A stretch of 64,000 bases of DNA. Source: an uncultured Gemmatimonadales bacterium (GTDB lineage: Bacteria > Gemmatimonadota > Gemmatimonadetes > Longimicrobiales > RSA9). Position 1 is the stretch's first letter. Every line of letters starts with the position of its first letter. This document shows positions 49,558-59,235 of this stretch, in pieces. The position numbers and the translations under genes are program-made. The stretch is taken from positions 1,216,001 through 1,280,000 of the forward strand of contig CAVUKA010000001.1 of NCBI GenBank assembly GCA_963741945.1, written 5' to 3'. Below the pieces are notes generated by a model. That model worked only from the letters and a program-made list of their open reading frames with translations, was not told the origin of the DNA and made no database searches.

Positions 49558-51395
49558 GGTCTCTCCCGCACCCGGACATCCCCGCTTCCGCCCGAGGCCG
49601 ACGGCGCAGCGGCGCGCCGTACCTGCAGCGTCTTCAGGACCTGGTCGCCCGGGTCCAGCGTGACTGCGGCCGGGGGGGCGGGGACGCGCACCCGCAGCGT
49701 CTCCGCCCGGGCGCTCAGCACCACGTCGCGGCTCACCTTCCGCCCGTCCGTCAGCGTCACCAACAGCGTGGTGGGGATGCGGAAGGTGGGCCAGGACGGG
49801 TCCTGCGTCTGGCGCACCACGGCCGCGACGGTCCCGGCCACCCCCGCTCCGGCACCGCTTCCACCGCCGCCGCCCTTCCCGTCGGCGCTCTCCCCGGACC
49901 ACGTCACGTCGAGCCGCGGGTACCCGGGCTCGTAGAGCCACTGCCGGAAGAACCACCCGAGATCTTCCCCGGCTTCGGTCTCCATCGCCGCCCGGAAGTC
50001 ACCGGTCATCGCCGTGCCGTGGGCGTGCTCCGCGTGGTAGCGGCGCACGCCCCGGAAGAAGGCGCTGTCGCCCACCACGCCGCGCAGCATGTGGAGCACC
50101 CACGCGCCCTTCTGGTAGTTGTTGGCGTTCAGCAGCCAGTACAGGTCCGTCGTGTCGTGGACCACGGGGTAGCCCACCACGTCCGACGTGATGTACTGCT
50201 GGCGCGCCCGCTCCATACGTGCCCGGAACGCGGCGTCCCCGTCGCGGGATCGGTAATAGAGCGGGTCGAAGTAGCTGGCGAATCCCTCGCTCAGCCATAG
50301 GTCGCTCCAGCGCGCTTCGGTCACGTCGTCGCCGAACCACTGGTGGACGGTCTCGTGCGCAATCACGCTCTCCCCCATCCGCTCCCGCTCCCACGGCAAC
50401 CGCGGGTAGAAGATCGCGCTCGCGTTCTCCATCCCGCCGAAGCGGGTGGCCGATTCCACGTGGGCCAGCTTCGCATACGGAAAGGGGCCGATGGCGCCGG
50501 TGAGGAAGTCCACGATGTCCGGCGCCCTCGCGAACCGCTGCACGCCGAACGCGCTGTCGCCCGCCAGCGGCCAGACCGAGACCGTCGCGCACCGTCCGGG
50601 CGACGCGGGCGCCCGCCCGCACGCAGCCTCACCCAGAACTGCGCGGCCGAAGTCCGCCACACCGATCACCATGGTGTAGGTGGGGATCGGCACCGCGTTC
50701 GACCAGTGCCACACCGTGCCACCCGCGCGCTCCGGGTCGGGCCCCGTCGACTCGAGCCGCCCGTTCGCCACCACTTCGAGCCCCGCGGGCACCCGCACCA
50801 GGAAGTCCACGGTAGCCTTGTCGGACGGGTGGTCGTTGGACGGGAACCACCACCGGGCCCGGTTCGGCCAGTTGTCCGCGAACGCGGTGGCCCCGCCCCG
50901 CGCGTCCGTCTCGAACGACAGGCCCTCCTTTGGACGACCGCCGTAAGCGACCGCCACCGTGACGGTGTCTCCCGCGGCGATCGGCGAACCCGGATGCAGA
51001 TCCAGCACGACGTCATCGTAGGAGAACGGCACCGGCTCACCGTCCAGTGCCACTCCCCGGACCGTCAATCCCACCAGGTCGAGCGGGAGTGCGCGCAGTG
51101 TCTGCGTGGCATGGACACGGAGCTCGGCCGTGGCCGAGAACGCGCTGTCGGCCAGCCCGCCCAGGTCCAGCGAGAGCCTGTAGCTCACCACGTCGATGCC
51201 GGCCCGGCTCGCAAGCCGTCGCGAGGCGACACCGGGCTCCGGCAGCGGCCGCGGCTCCACCGGCTCCCGCCCCGCCGTTGTCTCCGGCCCCTCCGGCATC
51301 CCCGGCCCACTCGCCGCCGGCGTGTCGGGATGGGGCGCGCACGCCGCCAGCGCGGCCACCGCACCCAGCACCAGCTGCTTCATCTTGTTCGGCAT
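49554..51395 (-). CDS. M1-family aminopeptidase, lipoprotein
   Basis: Lipobox LAAC; ARWWFP..DHPSDKA, GGMEN, HETVHQWFG-x-WLSEGFA, YQKGAWVLHMLR. Confidence 0.93.
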   Translation of the reverse strand: MPNKMKQLVLGAVAALAACAPHPDTPAASGPGMPEGPETTAGREPVEPRPLPEPGVASRRLASRAGIDVVSYRLSLDLGGLADSAFSATAELRVHATQTLRALPLDLVGLTVRGVALDGEPVPFSYDDVVLDLHPGSPIAAGDTVTVAVAYGGRPKEGLSFETDARGGATAFADNWPNRARWWFPSNDHPSDKATVDFLVRVPAGLEVVANGRLESTGPDPERAGGTVWHWSNAVPIPTYTMVIGVADFGRAVLGEAACGRAPASPGRCATVSVWPLAGDSAFGVQRFARAPDIVDFLTGAIGPFPYAKLAHVESATRFGGMENASAIFYPRLPWERERMGESVIAHETVHQWFGDDVTEARWSDLWLSEGFASYFDPLYYRSRDGDAAFRARMERARQQYITSDVVGYPVVHDTTDLYWLLNANNYQKGAWVLHMLRGVVGDSAFFRGVRRYHAEHAHGTAMTGDFRAAMETEAGEDLGWFFRQWLYEPGYPRLDVTWSGESADGKGGGGGSGAGAGVAGTVAAVVRQTQDPSWPTFRIPTTLLVTLTDGRKVSRDVVLSARAETLRVRVPAPPAAVTLDPGDQVLKTLQVRRAAAPSASGGSGDVRVRERP

Positions 51396-51430
51396 GCCAT
51401 TCCCCGGGGCTCGCGCCCCTCCACTCCTGC

Positions 51431-52420
51431 TCAGCGGTGCACCGTCCGCATGCTGGCCTCGGGGTAGCGCGCCCCGGCCGCCGCGCCCGGCGGGATCACC
51501 TCGTCGAGCCGGGCAAGGTCGTGATCCGTCAGCTCCACGTCCAGCGCGCCCACGTTCTGCTCCAGGTACTCCCGGTGCTTCGTTCCCGGGATCGGCACGA
51601 TGTCCTCACCCCGCGCCAGCACCCACGCGATCGCCAGCTGCGCCGGTGTGCATCCCTTCGCATCGGCCATTTCCTCCACGCGCTCCACCAGGTGCAGGTT
51701 CTTCTGGAAGTTCTCGCCCTGGAAGCGCGGGCTGCGCGACCGATAGTCGCCCTCCGGGAAGTCGTCCGGTGTCTTGAACCGGCCCGTGAGGAAGCCGCGC
51801 CCCAGCGGCGAGTAGGCCACGAACCCGATCCCGAGCTCACGGGCCGTGTCCAGCACACCGTTCTCCTCCGGGTCCCGGGACCAGAGAGAGTACTCCGTCT
51901 GGAGCGCGGTGATCGGGTGCGTGGCATGCGCCCGCCGAACCGTTTCCGGCGCCGCTTCGGACAGCCCGAGAAACCGCACCTTCCCCGACTCCACCAGCCC
52001 CGCCATCGCACCCACCGTTTCCTCGATCGGCACGTCCGGGTCCACCCGGTGCTGATAGTACAGGTCGATGTGGTCCACCCCCAACCGCTCCAGCGACGCG
52101 TCGCACGCCTGCCGCACGTATTCCGGTCGTCCGTTCACGCCCAGAAAACTGCCGTCTTCGCCCCGCACGTTGCCGAACTTCGTCGCCAGTGTCACCTCCT
52201 CGCGCCGGCCCCGGATCGCCCGCCCCACCAGCCGCTCGTTCTCGAACGGGCCATACATGTCCGCCGTATCCAGCAGGGTGACGCCGGCATCCAGCGCCGC
52301 GTGGATCGTCGCCACGCTCTCGGCCTCCTCGCCTTCCCCATAGAACTCGCTCATTCCCATGCAGCCCAGCCCCAGCGCCGACACCGCCAGCCCTCCGCTC
52401 CCCAGCTCCCGTTGCTCCAT
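51431..52420 (-). CDS. Aldo/keto reductase (AKR13/YakC-like)
   Basis: [56 protein letters not shown]. Confidence 0.95.
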   Translation of the reverse strand: MEQRELGSGGLAVSALGLGCMGMSEFYGEGEEAESVATIHAALDAGVTLLDTADMYGPFENERLVGRAIRGRREEVTLATKFGNVRGEDGSFLGVNGRPEYVRQACDASLERLGVDHIDLYYQHRVDPDVPIEETVGAMAGLVESGKVRFLGLSEAAPETVRRAHATHPITALQTEYSLWSRDPEENGVLDTARELGIGFVAYSPLGRGFLTGRFKTPDDFPEGDYRSRSPRFQGENFQKNLHLVERVEEMADAKGCTPAQLAIAWVLARGEDIVPIPGTKHREYLEQNVGALDVELTDHDLARLDEVIPPGAAAGARYPEASMRTVHR

Positions 52421-52548
52421 CGTGTACTCCCGTTCAGGTCCTCGTCACACCTCGGGCGTTCCGGCGGTCTGCGTCAACAAGGTCCGTTCCACGAGCCAGC
52501 TTACGGACACCGGCCCGCAGCCCACGGGCCCGGTTTGCCAGGGGCGCC

Positions 52549-52590
52549 AAAGCAGGACCCCCGCCCCGGAAGCAGCCGGGGCGGGGGTCC
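52549..52590 (-). terminator. Intrinsic terminator downstream of the DUF4440 gene
   Basis: Perfect 15-bp stem GGACCCCCGCCCCGG-AAGCAG-CCGGGGCGGGGGTCC (52555-52590), followed on the minus strand by TGCTTT. Confidence 0.7.
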
Positions 52591-52632
52591 AGGACCAGGC
52601 GACGCATGCGGCCGGTCCCTGCCTGCCGTCGC

Positions 52633-53163
52633 CTAGCTGGCTGGCGGGGGCTCGGAGGCCGGCTGCTCCGGCGCCGGTGACATCATGTCCCGGTACCACT
52701 GCCACTGCCCGTCCGACCCTCGCTTCCAGATCACCGTGTAGCGCCCGTGCGCCGGCCCTTCGTTCGTGGTGTAGTCGGCCGTGCCGATCTCCCACCCCGT
52801 ATCGCCGTTCACCCCCGCCTCCTCCGTCGTGAGCGTCACGTCGCCGACGCCGGCCTGATCGTGGCCACCCTGCCAGTACTGCATGATCGCATCACGACCT
52901 TCCACTGCCGGCGCACCCGGCGGGTACAGCGTCGCGTCGGGGGCGTACACCTGCGCGAAGCCGGCTATGTCACCCTCGTTGAAGCTCCCGACGTATTGCG
53001 CGTTCACACGCTCCACCTCCTGGCGGAACGCCACGGCATCCATTGTCCCGGAAGTGCTCGGCTCCGCCGCTGCCGCGGTCTCTGAACTCTCCTGCGGCGC
53101 CGTTCCACAGGCCAGGACACCTGCAGTCGACAACATGACAAACAGAGCGGATGCAATACGCAT
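52633..53163 (-). CDS. DUF4440/YybH (NTF2-like) lipoprotein
   Basis: Lipobox VLAC; FNEGD, YAPDA...PPG...VEGRDAI, GRYTVIWKR..DG.W..RDM. Confidence 0.85.
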   Translation of the reverse strand: MRIASALFVMLSTAGVLACGTAPQESSETAAAAEPSTSGTMDAVAFRQEVERVNAQYVGSFNEGDIAGFAQVYAPDATLYPPGAPAVEGRDAIMQYWQGGHDQAGVGDVTLTTEEAGVNGDTGWEIGTADYTTNEGPAHGRYTVIWKRGSDGQWQWYRDMMSPAPEQPASEPPPAS

Positions 53164-53343
53164 AGGGGATCCTCCGCGAATCTGGGAAAAAGGATGCGTG
53201 AGTCGCAAATGTCAGCGCCCACCTCCGCGCGCGCAACTGTGCTCGGATCACTTCGCTGGCGACCTGGTGAAGACGTCACAGCAGAGCAGCGGCCGATGTC
53301 GCGATCCTGCGAAACGGAATGCCGCCGGGCGACGGGGAGGCGC

Positions 53344-53556
53344 CACCCCCGACGCATGGGAGAGGCGCGGACGGCACCCCGCACGCATGGGTGAGGCGCG
53401 GACGGCACCGGCGGAGGCACTGCTGACAGCGGCGGAGGCACTGTTGACACCGGCGGGGGCGCTGAAGGCACCGGCGGAGGCGCGCTGAAGGTAGGGGCGG
53501 AGGCGCGCTGAAGGTACCGGCGGAGGAACTGCTGACACCGGCGGAGGCACTGAAGG
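53344..53556. repeat. Composite non-coding tandem array (2 x 31 bp plus 7 x 21-23 bp)
   Basis: 31-bp units at 53344 and 53375; units at 53406, 53427, 53448, 53469, 53492, 53515 and 53536 with consensus CACCGGCGGAGGC...CTGA. Confidence 0.85.
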
Positions 53557-53834
53557 CGCCCCGAAGGTGGCAGCCTCTCCGACCGCGGGGCAGTATTCAG
53601 CTTTATTCGCAGGGGAACACCCACGTGTGAGGGCCGTCGCCACGCGCCGGTCGAAATCCGGGCATACGCGGGTCAATGCCCCACGCGCGTGAGCCTCCCT
53701 CCACGCGCGGGTGCTTTCCAGTACCCCGCCGCCGAACCGTTCCAGCGCGCGGCCGCCCTGACGCGATCCGTCCCATTCCGCTATCGCGATCCACACCCCC
53801 CCGGCCCCATGATCCGGAAATGACTTGACGGAGG

Positions 53835-54029
53835 ATGATTTTGTTCGCACGGATTTTCATGATGATATGGATGGCCGCCGTCGTGCTCGCCAGCGTGATA
53901 AGGTGGCGGCGGGAACAGAAGCAGTGGCTGCAGCTCGGGCAGCTCGTCGAAGCGGTGGGTGAGGCGCTGGCGCGGCCGGGGGAGCCAGCGGGACCGGCGC
54001 CGGGCGGCGGGCGTCGTCGCACCGCATAG
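53835..54029 (+). CDS. Small single-TM hypothetical protein
   Basis: IFMMIWMAAVVLASVIRW hydrophobic segment followed by RREQK; GGAGG at 53830 fits a TTG start at 53841. Confidence 0.4.
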   Translation: MILFARIFMMIWMAAVVLASVIRWRREQKQWLQLGQLVEAVGEALARPGEPAGPAPGGGRRRTA

Positions 54030-54200
54030 TCGAGGGGTCGGGGGTGGGCGTCGCGCTGGCGAGGGAGCTGCTCGAGGAAGTCGACCTGCTCCTGGAGCCG
54101 CTGATCGTGGCCTTCGAGCGTTTGCATCCGCTCGGCCAGGCTCGACGAAGCCGCAGTGGAGGGACAACGCCCCGGTGGGAGAATGTGGCGTCTGCCGAAT

Positions 54201-54351
54201 GGCGGGAATGGCGGGAGCGGCGGGAGCGGCGGGAGCGGCGGGAGCGGCGGGAGCGGCGGGAGCGGCGGGAGCGGCGGGAGCGGCGGGAGCGGCGGGAGCG
54301 GCGGGAGCGGCGGGGGCGGCCGGTTGGCGGAGCGGCGGGAGCGGCGGGGGC
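54201..54351. repeat. 9-bp VNTR (GGCGGGAGC)n
   Basis: 11 perfect copies at 54210-54308, variants at 54201 and 54309, and two further units at 54334-54351. Confidence 0.95.
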
Positions 54352-54384
54352 GCGCGGCCAGGGGGCCAGCGCGCGGGTGCGCGA

Positions 54385-55284
54385 TCAGGGCGCCGGGTCG
54401 ATCCGGACCGTCATTCCGAGCCGCTTCTCGGCGAGGCTCCAGAAGGCTGCGGCCTGTTCCGGATCGCGGGCATCGGGGCTGGGTTCCCGGGGGGTCCGGC
54501 GGTCGAAGTAGCGGCCGCCGGGCTCGTCGCCGGGCCGGAGGGCTCGGTCGGCCACGGTGCGCGCGGCTTCCCGGACCGAGGTCGCGAACGGCATCCAGCG
54601 GAGCACGTAGCGGATGAGGAGGCGCTGCTTCCCGCGGGTATGGGGCGCGACGGTCGCGGGGACGAACCCGGGGGAGACGGCATCCGCGTGGATTCCCTGA
54701 ATGCCGTGACGTCGCTCCCATTCCCGGGTGAGCCAGATCTGGGCGAGCTTGGCGTTCTTGTAGGCGCGCTCCGGGCTGTACCCGCGCCCGAGGTCCGGGG
54801 CGTGGAAATCGAAGCGAACTTCGTCGCCGTGGGACCCGGGCGCGTGCAGGCTGGAGGTGACGAATACGAACCGGGCCGGGCGCCGCAAACGGGGCGCGAG
54901 CATTGTGGTCAGCAGCAGGGGCCCAAGCGCGTGCACCTGGAGCGTTTCCTCGGCACCGTCCGGGCTCAACCGCCGGCTGGCCGGCGGCACGAGTGCGCCC
55001 GCGTTGTGCACGAGCACGTCAAGCGGGTTCCCGTCCGCCAGCGCGGCAGCGCAGCGTCGAATGGAAGCGAAGGAGGCCAGGTCGAGCGGGACGGCTTGCA
55101 GCCGCGCCTCGCCGTGCTCGCGCCTGAGCCGGTCCGCGGCCGCACCGCCCCCGGCGGGATCGCGGAACGTGAAGGTGACGCTGTGGCCGCGCCGGAGCAG
55201 CTCGGCGGCCGTGGCGAAGCCGATCCCGCGGTTCCCGCCCGTTACCAGGACGTGCCGGCGCGCGCTGCTTGTCGGGTCGGTCAT
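54385..55284 (-). CDS. SDR oxidoreductase (retinol-dehydrogenase/WWOX-like)
   Basis: VTGGNRGIG, LDLASFASI, VHNAG, VTSSLH, AYKNAK, VSPGFV, GRYF. Confidence 0.9.
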   Translation of the reverse strand: MTDPTSSARRHVLVTGGNRGIGFATAAELLRRGHSVTFTFRDPAGGGAAADRLRREHGEARLQAVPLDLASFASIRRCAAALADGNPLDVLVHNAGALVPPASRRLSPDGAEETLQVHALGPLLLTTMLAPRLRRPARFVFVTSSLHAPGSHGDEVRFDFHAPDLGRGYSPERAYKNAKLAQIWLTREWERRHGIQGIHADAVSPGFVPATVAPHTRGKQRLLIRYVLRWMPFATSVREAARTVADRALRPGDEPGGRYFDRRTPREPSPDARDPEQAAAFWSLAEKRLGMTVRIDPAP

Positions 55285-55314
55285 CCCGGACTCCGTTGGT
55301 TCAGTGCGCTGCCT

Positions 55315-55719
55315 TCACCCCAGCTCCTCCGCGTGGGCCCGGATGCGGCGCACCATCTCGGCCAGGCCATTGGCCCGGGCGGGGGAGAGGTGAGTCCGCA
55401 GCCCTGTATGATCGAGGAAGCCCAGGTCGGCGTCCCGGATCTCGGCGGGCGTCCGGTCGTCGAGAACGCGCAGGAGCAGGGCGATGATCCCGCGCGTGAT
55501 CATGGCCTCCGCATCTGCCGCGAGCCGCAGGCGGCCGTCGCTCATCTCGGCGCGGATCCACACGCGGGACTCGCAGCCGGGCACCGCGAACTCCTGCGCC
55601 CGGATGGACGGCTCGGGGACTTTCATCTCCCTGCCCCGCCGGACCAGGTATTCGTAGCGGGCCAGCGGGTCCTCCAGTCCTTCCATCTCGGCGACGATTT
55701 CGGCCTCCACTGTCGCCAT
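55315..55719 (-). CDS. sufE: SufE-family sulfur acceptor protein
   Basis: RYEYL, VPGCESRVW, ADAEA.I.RG, GL..HLSP.RANGL; ATG 55719. Confidence 0.9.
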   Translation of the reverse strand: MATVEAEIVAEMEGLEDPLARYEYLVRRGREMKVPEPSIRAQEFAVPGCESRVWIRAEMSDGRLRLAADAEAMITRGIIALLLRVLDDRTPAEIRDADLGFLDHTGLRTHLSPARANGLAEMVRRIRAHAEELG

Positions 55720-55748
55720 GGTCCGCCGCCCCTTCGCCCCGGCCGCCC

Positions 55749-57059
55749 TCACGCCGCGCGCTCCCCGGGGTCTCCGGTCTCGATGGGGTTGTCGGGGTCG
55801 CTGCTCCACTCGAACCAGCCGCCATCGTAGACGGACACGCGGGGCCAGGCCAGCAGCCACGCGTTGAAGAACGCCTCGCTCCCGCGCCACCCGGTTCCGC
55901 AATAGAAGGCGTTGTGCCGCTCCGGCGTGATGCCGGCCTTCCGCCATTCGGCCACGACCTCGCCGTACTCACGGCTGGTGTGGTCCAGGTTGCGGTAGTT
56001 CTCCATGTGGTAGGCGTCGCTCCCGCAGCTGCCGAACACCGAGCCCGGGATCCGCCCCTTGCGCTCGATGTAGTTGTACCCGCTCACCTCGCCGACATAC
56101 TCCGCCCAGCTCCGCACGCTCACCAGGTTGGCCTCGGGCGACGCGAGGATCTCCTTCGCGTCCGGGAGGTCCACCGCGAGCTCCGGGTGCCCGGGGATCC
56201 GGCTGCCGAAATCCGTCGCCGGCTCCGGATCCACCGGCGCCGTGCTCGTGTCGAAGCCCGCATCGAGCCATGACTGGAGACCGCCATTGAGCACGCGGAC
56301 GTCCTTCACGCCCGCCCACAGCATGATGAACGCGCACCGGAACGCGGCCAGCTGACCTGCGCTGCTCCCGGGGAACGGATCGGCGTTGTCGGGGAAGGAG
56401 AAGCGCCCGTACAGGCACACGGTGGTGTCCGCCGTGATGCCGAGCGCGAGCAGCGCGTCCCTCACCTCATCCGGCGAGCGGCGGTTCCACGTTTCGGAGG
56501 ACTCGAGCGTGTTGGTGTCCAGGCTCAGGGCCCCGGGGATGTGACCTGCCTCGTAGTCGCCGTGGTTCCGGTAATGGGCATGGCAGAGGACGAGCGGGCC
56601 ACGGTCGTACTCGGGCGCGTTCCCTTCCGTCAGCACCTGGCGCAGCCAGACTGCGGGTACCAGGTGGCGATAGCGTGGCAGGTGCTCCAGCGGCAGCGAC
56701 GGGTCGGCAGCCCATTCGTCGCTGAAGCGGTGGTAGAGATGGACCTCTCCGAACCCGGCGCGCCGGAACAGGTCGGCCACTTCCTCCGTCCCGGCGGCGT
56801 CCTGGCCGTAGACCACCAGTGGCCGATCCGGATCGAGTCCCTTCGAACGGACGATCTCGATCCAGTCCACGTAGCGGCTCCATTTGTGGGGCAGCGTCCG
56901 GGCCCCGGGGATGTGGCCTCCCCTGGGCTCTCCCTCCATGCGCCAGCCGTTGTAGGCGTCAATGGGGCGGACATCCACGAGTTGATTTCTCGGATCCTCC
57001 AGCCGCTGCCGAAGGTCCGCGGTTCCAATCTCGTCCAGGCCATGGTTCACGTGAGGCAT
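55749..57059 (-). CDS. Three-domain rhodanese/sulfurtransferase (YnjE-like)
   Basis: LVDVR...GHIPGA, YEAGHIPGA, VLNGG, GRIPG, active-site loop FYCGTGWRGS, VYDGGWFEWS. Confidence 0.9.
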   Translation of the reverse strand: MPHVNHGLDEIGTADLRQRLEDPRNQLVDVRPIDAYNGWRMEGEPRGGHIPGARTLPHKWSRYVDWIEIVRSKGLDPDRPLVVYGQDAAGTEEVADLFRRAGFGEVHLYHRFSDEWAADPSLPLEHLPRYRHLVPAVWLRQVLTEGNAPEYDRGPLVLCHAHYRNHGDYEAGHIPGALSLDTNTLESSETWNRRSPDEVRDALLALGITADTTVCLYGRFSFPDNADPFPGSSAGQLAAFRCAFIMLWAGVKDVRVLNGGLQSWLDAGFDTSTAPVDPEPATDFGSRIPGHPELAVDLPDAKEILASPEANLVSVRSWAEYVGEVSGYNYIERKGRIPGSVFGSCGSDAYHMENYRNLDHTSREYGEVVAEWRKAGITPERHNAFYCGTGWRGSEAFFNAWLLAWPRVSVYDGGWFEWSSDPDNPIETGDPGERAA

Positions 57060-57364
57060 CCTCGGGGGTTGGCGGTGAATACCTGGGCGTCGTCCGGACG
57101 CCGCCCGCAACGTACGCGGCGCCGCTGCGACTCGCATCCGCCGGGACTGCTCCCGGTCCACCGGGACACGAGTGGGTGCGGGAGCCGACGGCGCGCGAGC
57201 GAACCGCCCGGCGGCTGTCGGCGACGATCCGCCCCCGCCGCGCGCACACTCCGGGCCACGGTGGCGAGGGAACGATCCATTGCCGGGCCGCCATCGCCGC
57301 CGGGCGCGCCGGACCGATAGTTGCACCATCCCCGCGACGGAGCAAACATACCCGGGGCAACCAC

Positions 57365-57917
57365 TTGAGCGATCAGCAGGACAGTACGGACGAACGGCAG
57401 CCGCCTCGCTTCGTCGACGCCAGATGGGCCATCGTGGGGGGTGTCTTCGCAGCCCTGTTCGCCGGAGGCATCATGGCCCTCGTGGGCCGCATTGGAAATT
57501 ACGAGGCCCGCCGCCTCCTCGAAGCCACCATCCCCTCCCTCCGCTTCCTCTCCTCCTCCGTCCTCACCGCCGCCGCCACAATCCTCGCGCTCATGCTCAC
57601 CCTCCTCGGCATGAGCAACCAGACCGATGCCCGCCTGAAGCCACGGCACTATCGACGCGTGCAGCAGGCATTCTGTCATGGCGGTGGTGGCCCTCATCAC
57701 CTCCGTGGCCGTGCTCATGATCCTGACGTTCCCACTCGAGCAATCGCAGCAGCTGAACGGCTTCTACAACGTGGTCTATTACGCCCTCGTCGCCTGCTCT
57801 GCCATCCTGGGCGGGATGATGGTCACCGTGGTCCTCATGCTGCTCAACGCCATCCGCGAGCTCGTGGGCGTGTTCCGGCCCAGTGGCAACAGTCGCCTCC
57901 TCGCTGACGACCGCTGA
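57365..57917 (+). pseudogene. Four-TM membrane protein interrupted by a frameshift near 57670
   Basis: TTG 57365 frame gives two TMs up to HYRRVQQA; the next two TMs (MAVVALITS...NAIRELV) are in the +1 frame ending at TGA 57917. Confidence 0.6.
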
Positions 57918-57946
57918 ACGACCCGGGCGGCATGCCGAGGCGGATG

Positions 57947-57981
57947 CAGAACGGCCCCGGCAGTCCGCCGGGGCCGTTCTG
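57947..57981. terminator. Probable bidirectional terminator
   Basis: Perfect 15-bp stem CAGAACGGCCCCGGC-AGTCC-GCCGGGGCCGTTCTG between convergent genes. Confidence 0.75.
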
Positions 57982-58007
57982 TTCTCAAGTGCGTTGCTGC
58001 GCGGTCA

Positions 58008-59222
58008 CTACTTGAGGTTGGGATTCGACATCTGTTCGTTGAGGCTGATCGGGATACAGGTGTCCCGACCATTGAGGAAATCGTTGTGCGACGCGTCCGT
58101 GGCCGCGTACCACCGGCGCAGGTCGCCGAGGCGGCGCGCCTCGAGCCAGAGCACGGCACCGCGCTCCTTCTCGAGTATGGTCCAGGCTTCGGCCGCAGTT
58201 GCGGCCGTAACGGGATCGAGGTCGTAGGCAGCCCGCTCCTGGTTCATCAGAGCGACGGAGCCGTCCACGTCGCCCTGGCGCAGCGCGGCCTCGGCGCGGA
58301 TGAGCAGCATTTCGGTTCCCTTGGCCAGCGGGATGTTGGCGTCGAGGGTCGGGTACTTCATCTGGCGGAAATAGACGGTGTGCCCGTCCTGTCCCACCTG
58401 CAGTTTCCCGCTCGACGTCTTGACCGTGTCCCACGGCACGCGAGGGTCGTTGCGCGGGTTGGTCGCCCACTGAGTGCCCCAGACGCTGAATTCGCGACGC
58501 GTCTGCGTCTCATAGGCGAGATCGTTGTTCTCGCGGCTGGTGTTCAGCGACATGATGGCGTCGTACCGGAGGCTGACGGGTACCTGCTCGGCATCGGCCA
58601 CGGCACCCACCCAATCGCCCAGGTCCGCGCGCACGGACGCCCGGCCGGCGAGCGCGACGCTGGCGAGGTCGGCGTGACCCTGGCGGTTCGCAAAAGCGAG
58701 CGCCTGCGTGAACGCCGAATCCGCGCGCTGGAAATGAACCGTGTAGGGCTGACTGGGCCCGCCATCGATCACGGCATGGCAGACGTTCTCGCCCAGCAGT
58801 CGGTTGGCGAAGCCCATGTAGAGGTAGGCTCGCACGGCGAGGATGCTCGAGTCGAAGCTGGAGCCCAGTACGTCGCGCAGCCGCTCGATCCCCACCTCGG
58901 CCACCCAGCGTGCACCATGCATATCCGCCCACTCGCCCACGACGGCGTCGGACGGGATCTCACCGGCGGCGTAGAAATTCTCGTCCGAGTAGTTGCCCGA
59001 GTGCGTCATCTCGTCACCCATGACGGAGACGGACATGGACAGGTTGCTGATGGCCTGGGAGAGGTCCGCGGACATACCCGTGACCAGCCCGGGCATCGCG
59101 GCGGGCGTGTTCAACGCGTCGTCGGGAAGCGGTCCGGGGTTCGTGACACTCAGGTCGCACGCCGCCAGCAGGAGGGCGGTCGCGACGAACAGGGCTCCGC
59201 TGAGCCGAATGTGATTCGTCAT
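58008..59222 (-). CDS. SusD/RagB-family lipoprotein
   Basis: Lipobox LAAC followed by DL.V.NP; EMLLIRAEA, ER...LWLE.RR.GDLRR, C.PI...E...N; directly downstream of the SusC gene; RBS GGAGGAG. Confidence 0.88.
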   Translation of the reverse strand: MTNHIRLSGALFVATALLLAACDLSVTNPGPLPDDALNTPAAMPGLVTGMSADLSQAISNLSMSVSVMGDEMTHSGNYSDENFYAAGEIPSDAVVGEWADMHGARWVAEVGIERLRDVLGSSFDSSILAVRAYLYMGFANRLLGENVCHAVIDGGPSQPYTVHFQRADSAFTQALAFANRQGHADLASVALAGRASVRADLGDWVGAVADAEQVPVSLRYDAIMSLNTSRENNDLAYETQTRREFSVWGTQWATNPRNDPRVPWDTVKTSSGKLQVGQDGHTVYFRQMKYPTLDANIPLAKGTEMLLIRAEAALRQGDVDGSVALMNQERAAYDLDPVTAATAAEAWTILEKERGAVLWLEARRLGDLRRWYAATDASHNDFLNGRDTCIPISLNEQMSNPNLK

Positions 59223-59235
59223 GTTTGCTCCTCCG

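Noticed and set aside
53344-53556. Possible CRISPR array
   Set aside because: Units are head-to-tail with no unique spacers, and there are no cas genes in the window.
53603-54721. 372-aa ORF containing (PPL)n as a real proline-rich protein
   Set aside because: Its 5' part overlaps the SDR gene out of frame, it has no credible start, and the repeat is open in all frames.
57060-57364. SAM or cobalamin riboswitch upstream of the sulfurtransferase
   Set aside because: I could not find the conserved cores by eye; a covariance-model search would be needed to exclude it fully.
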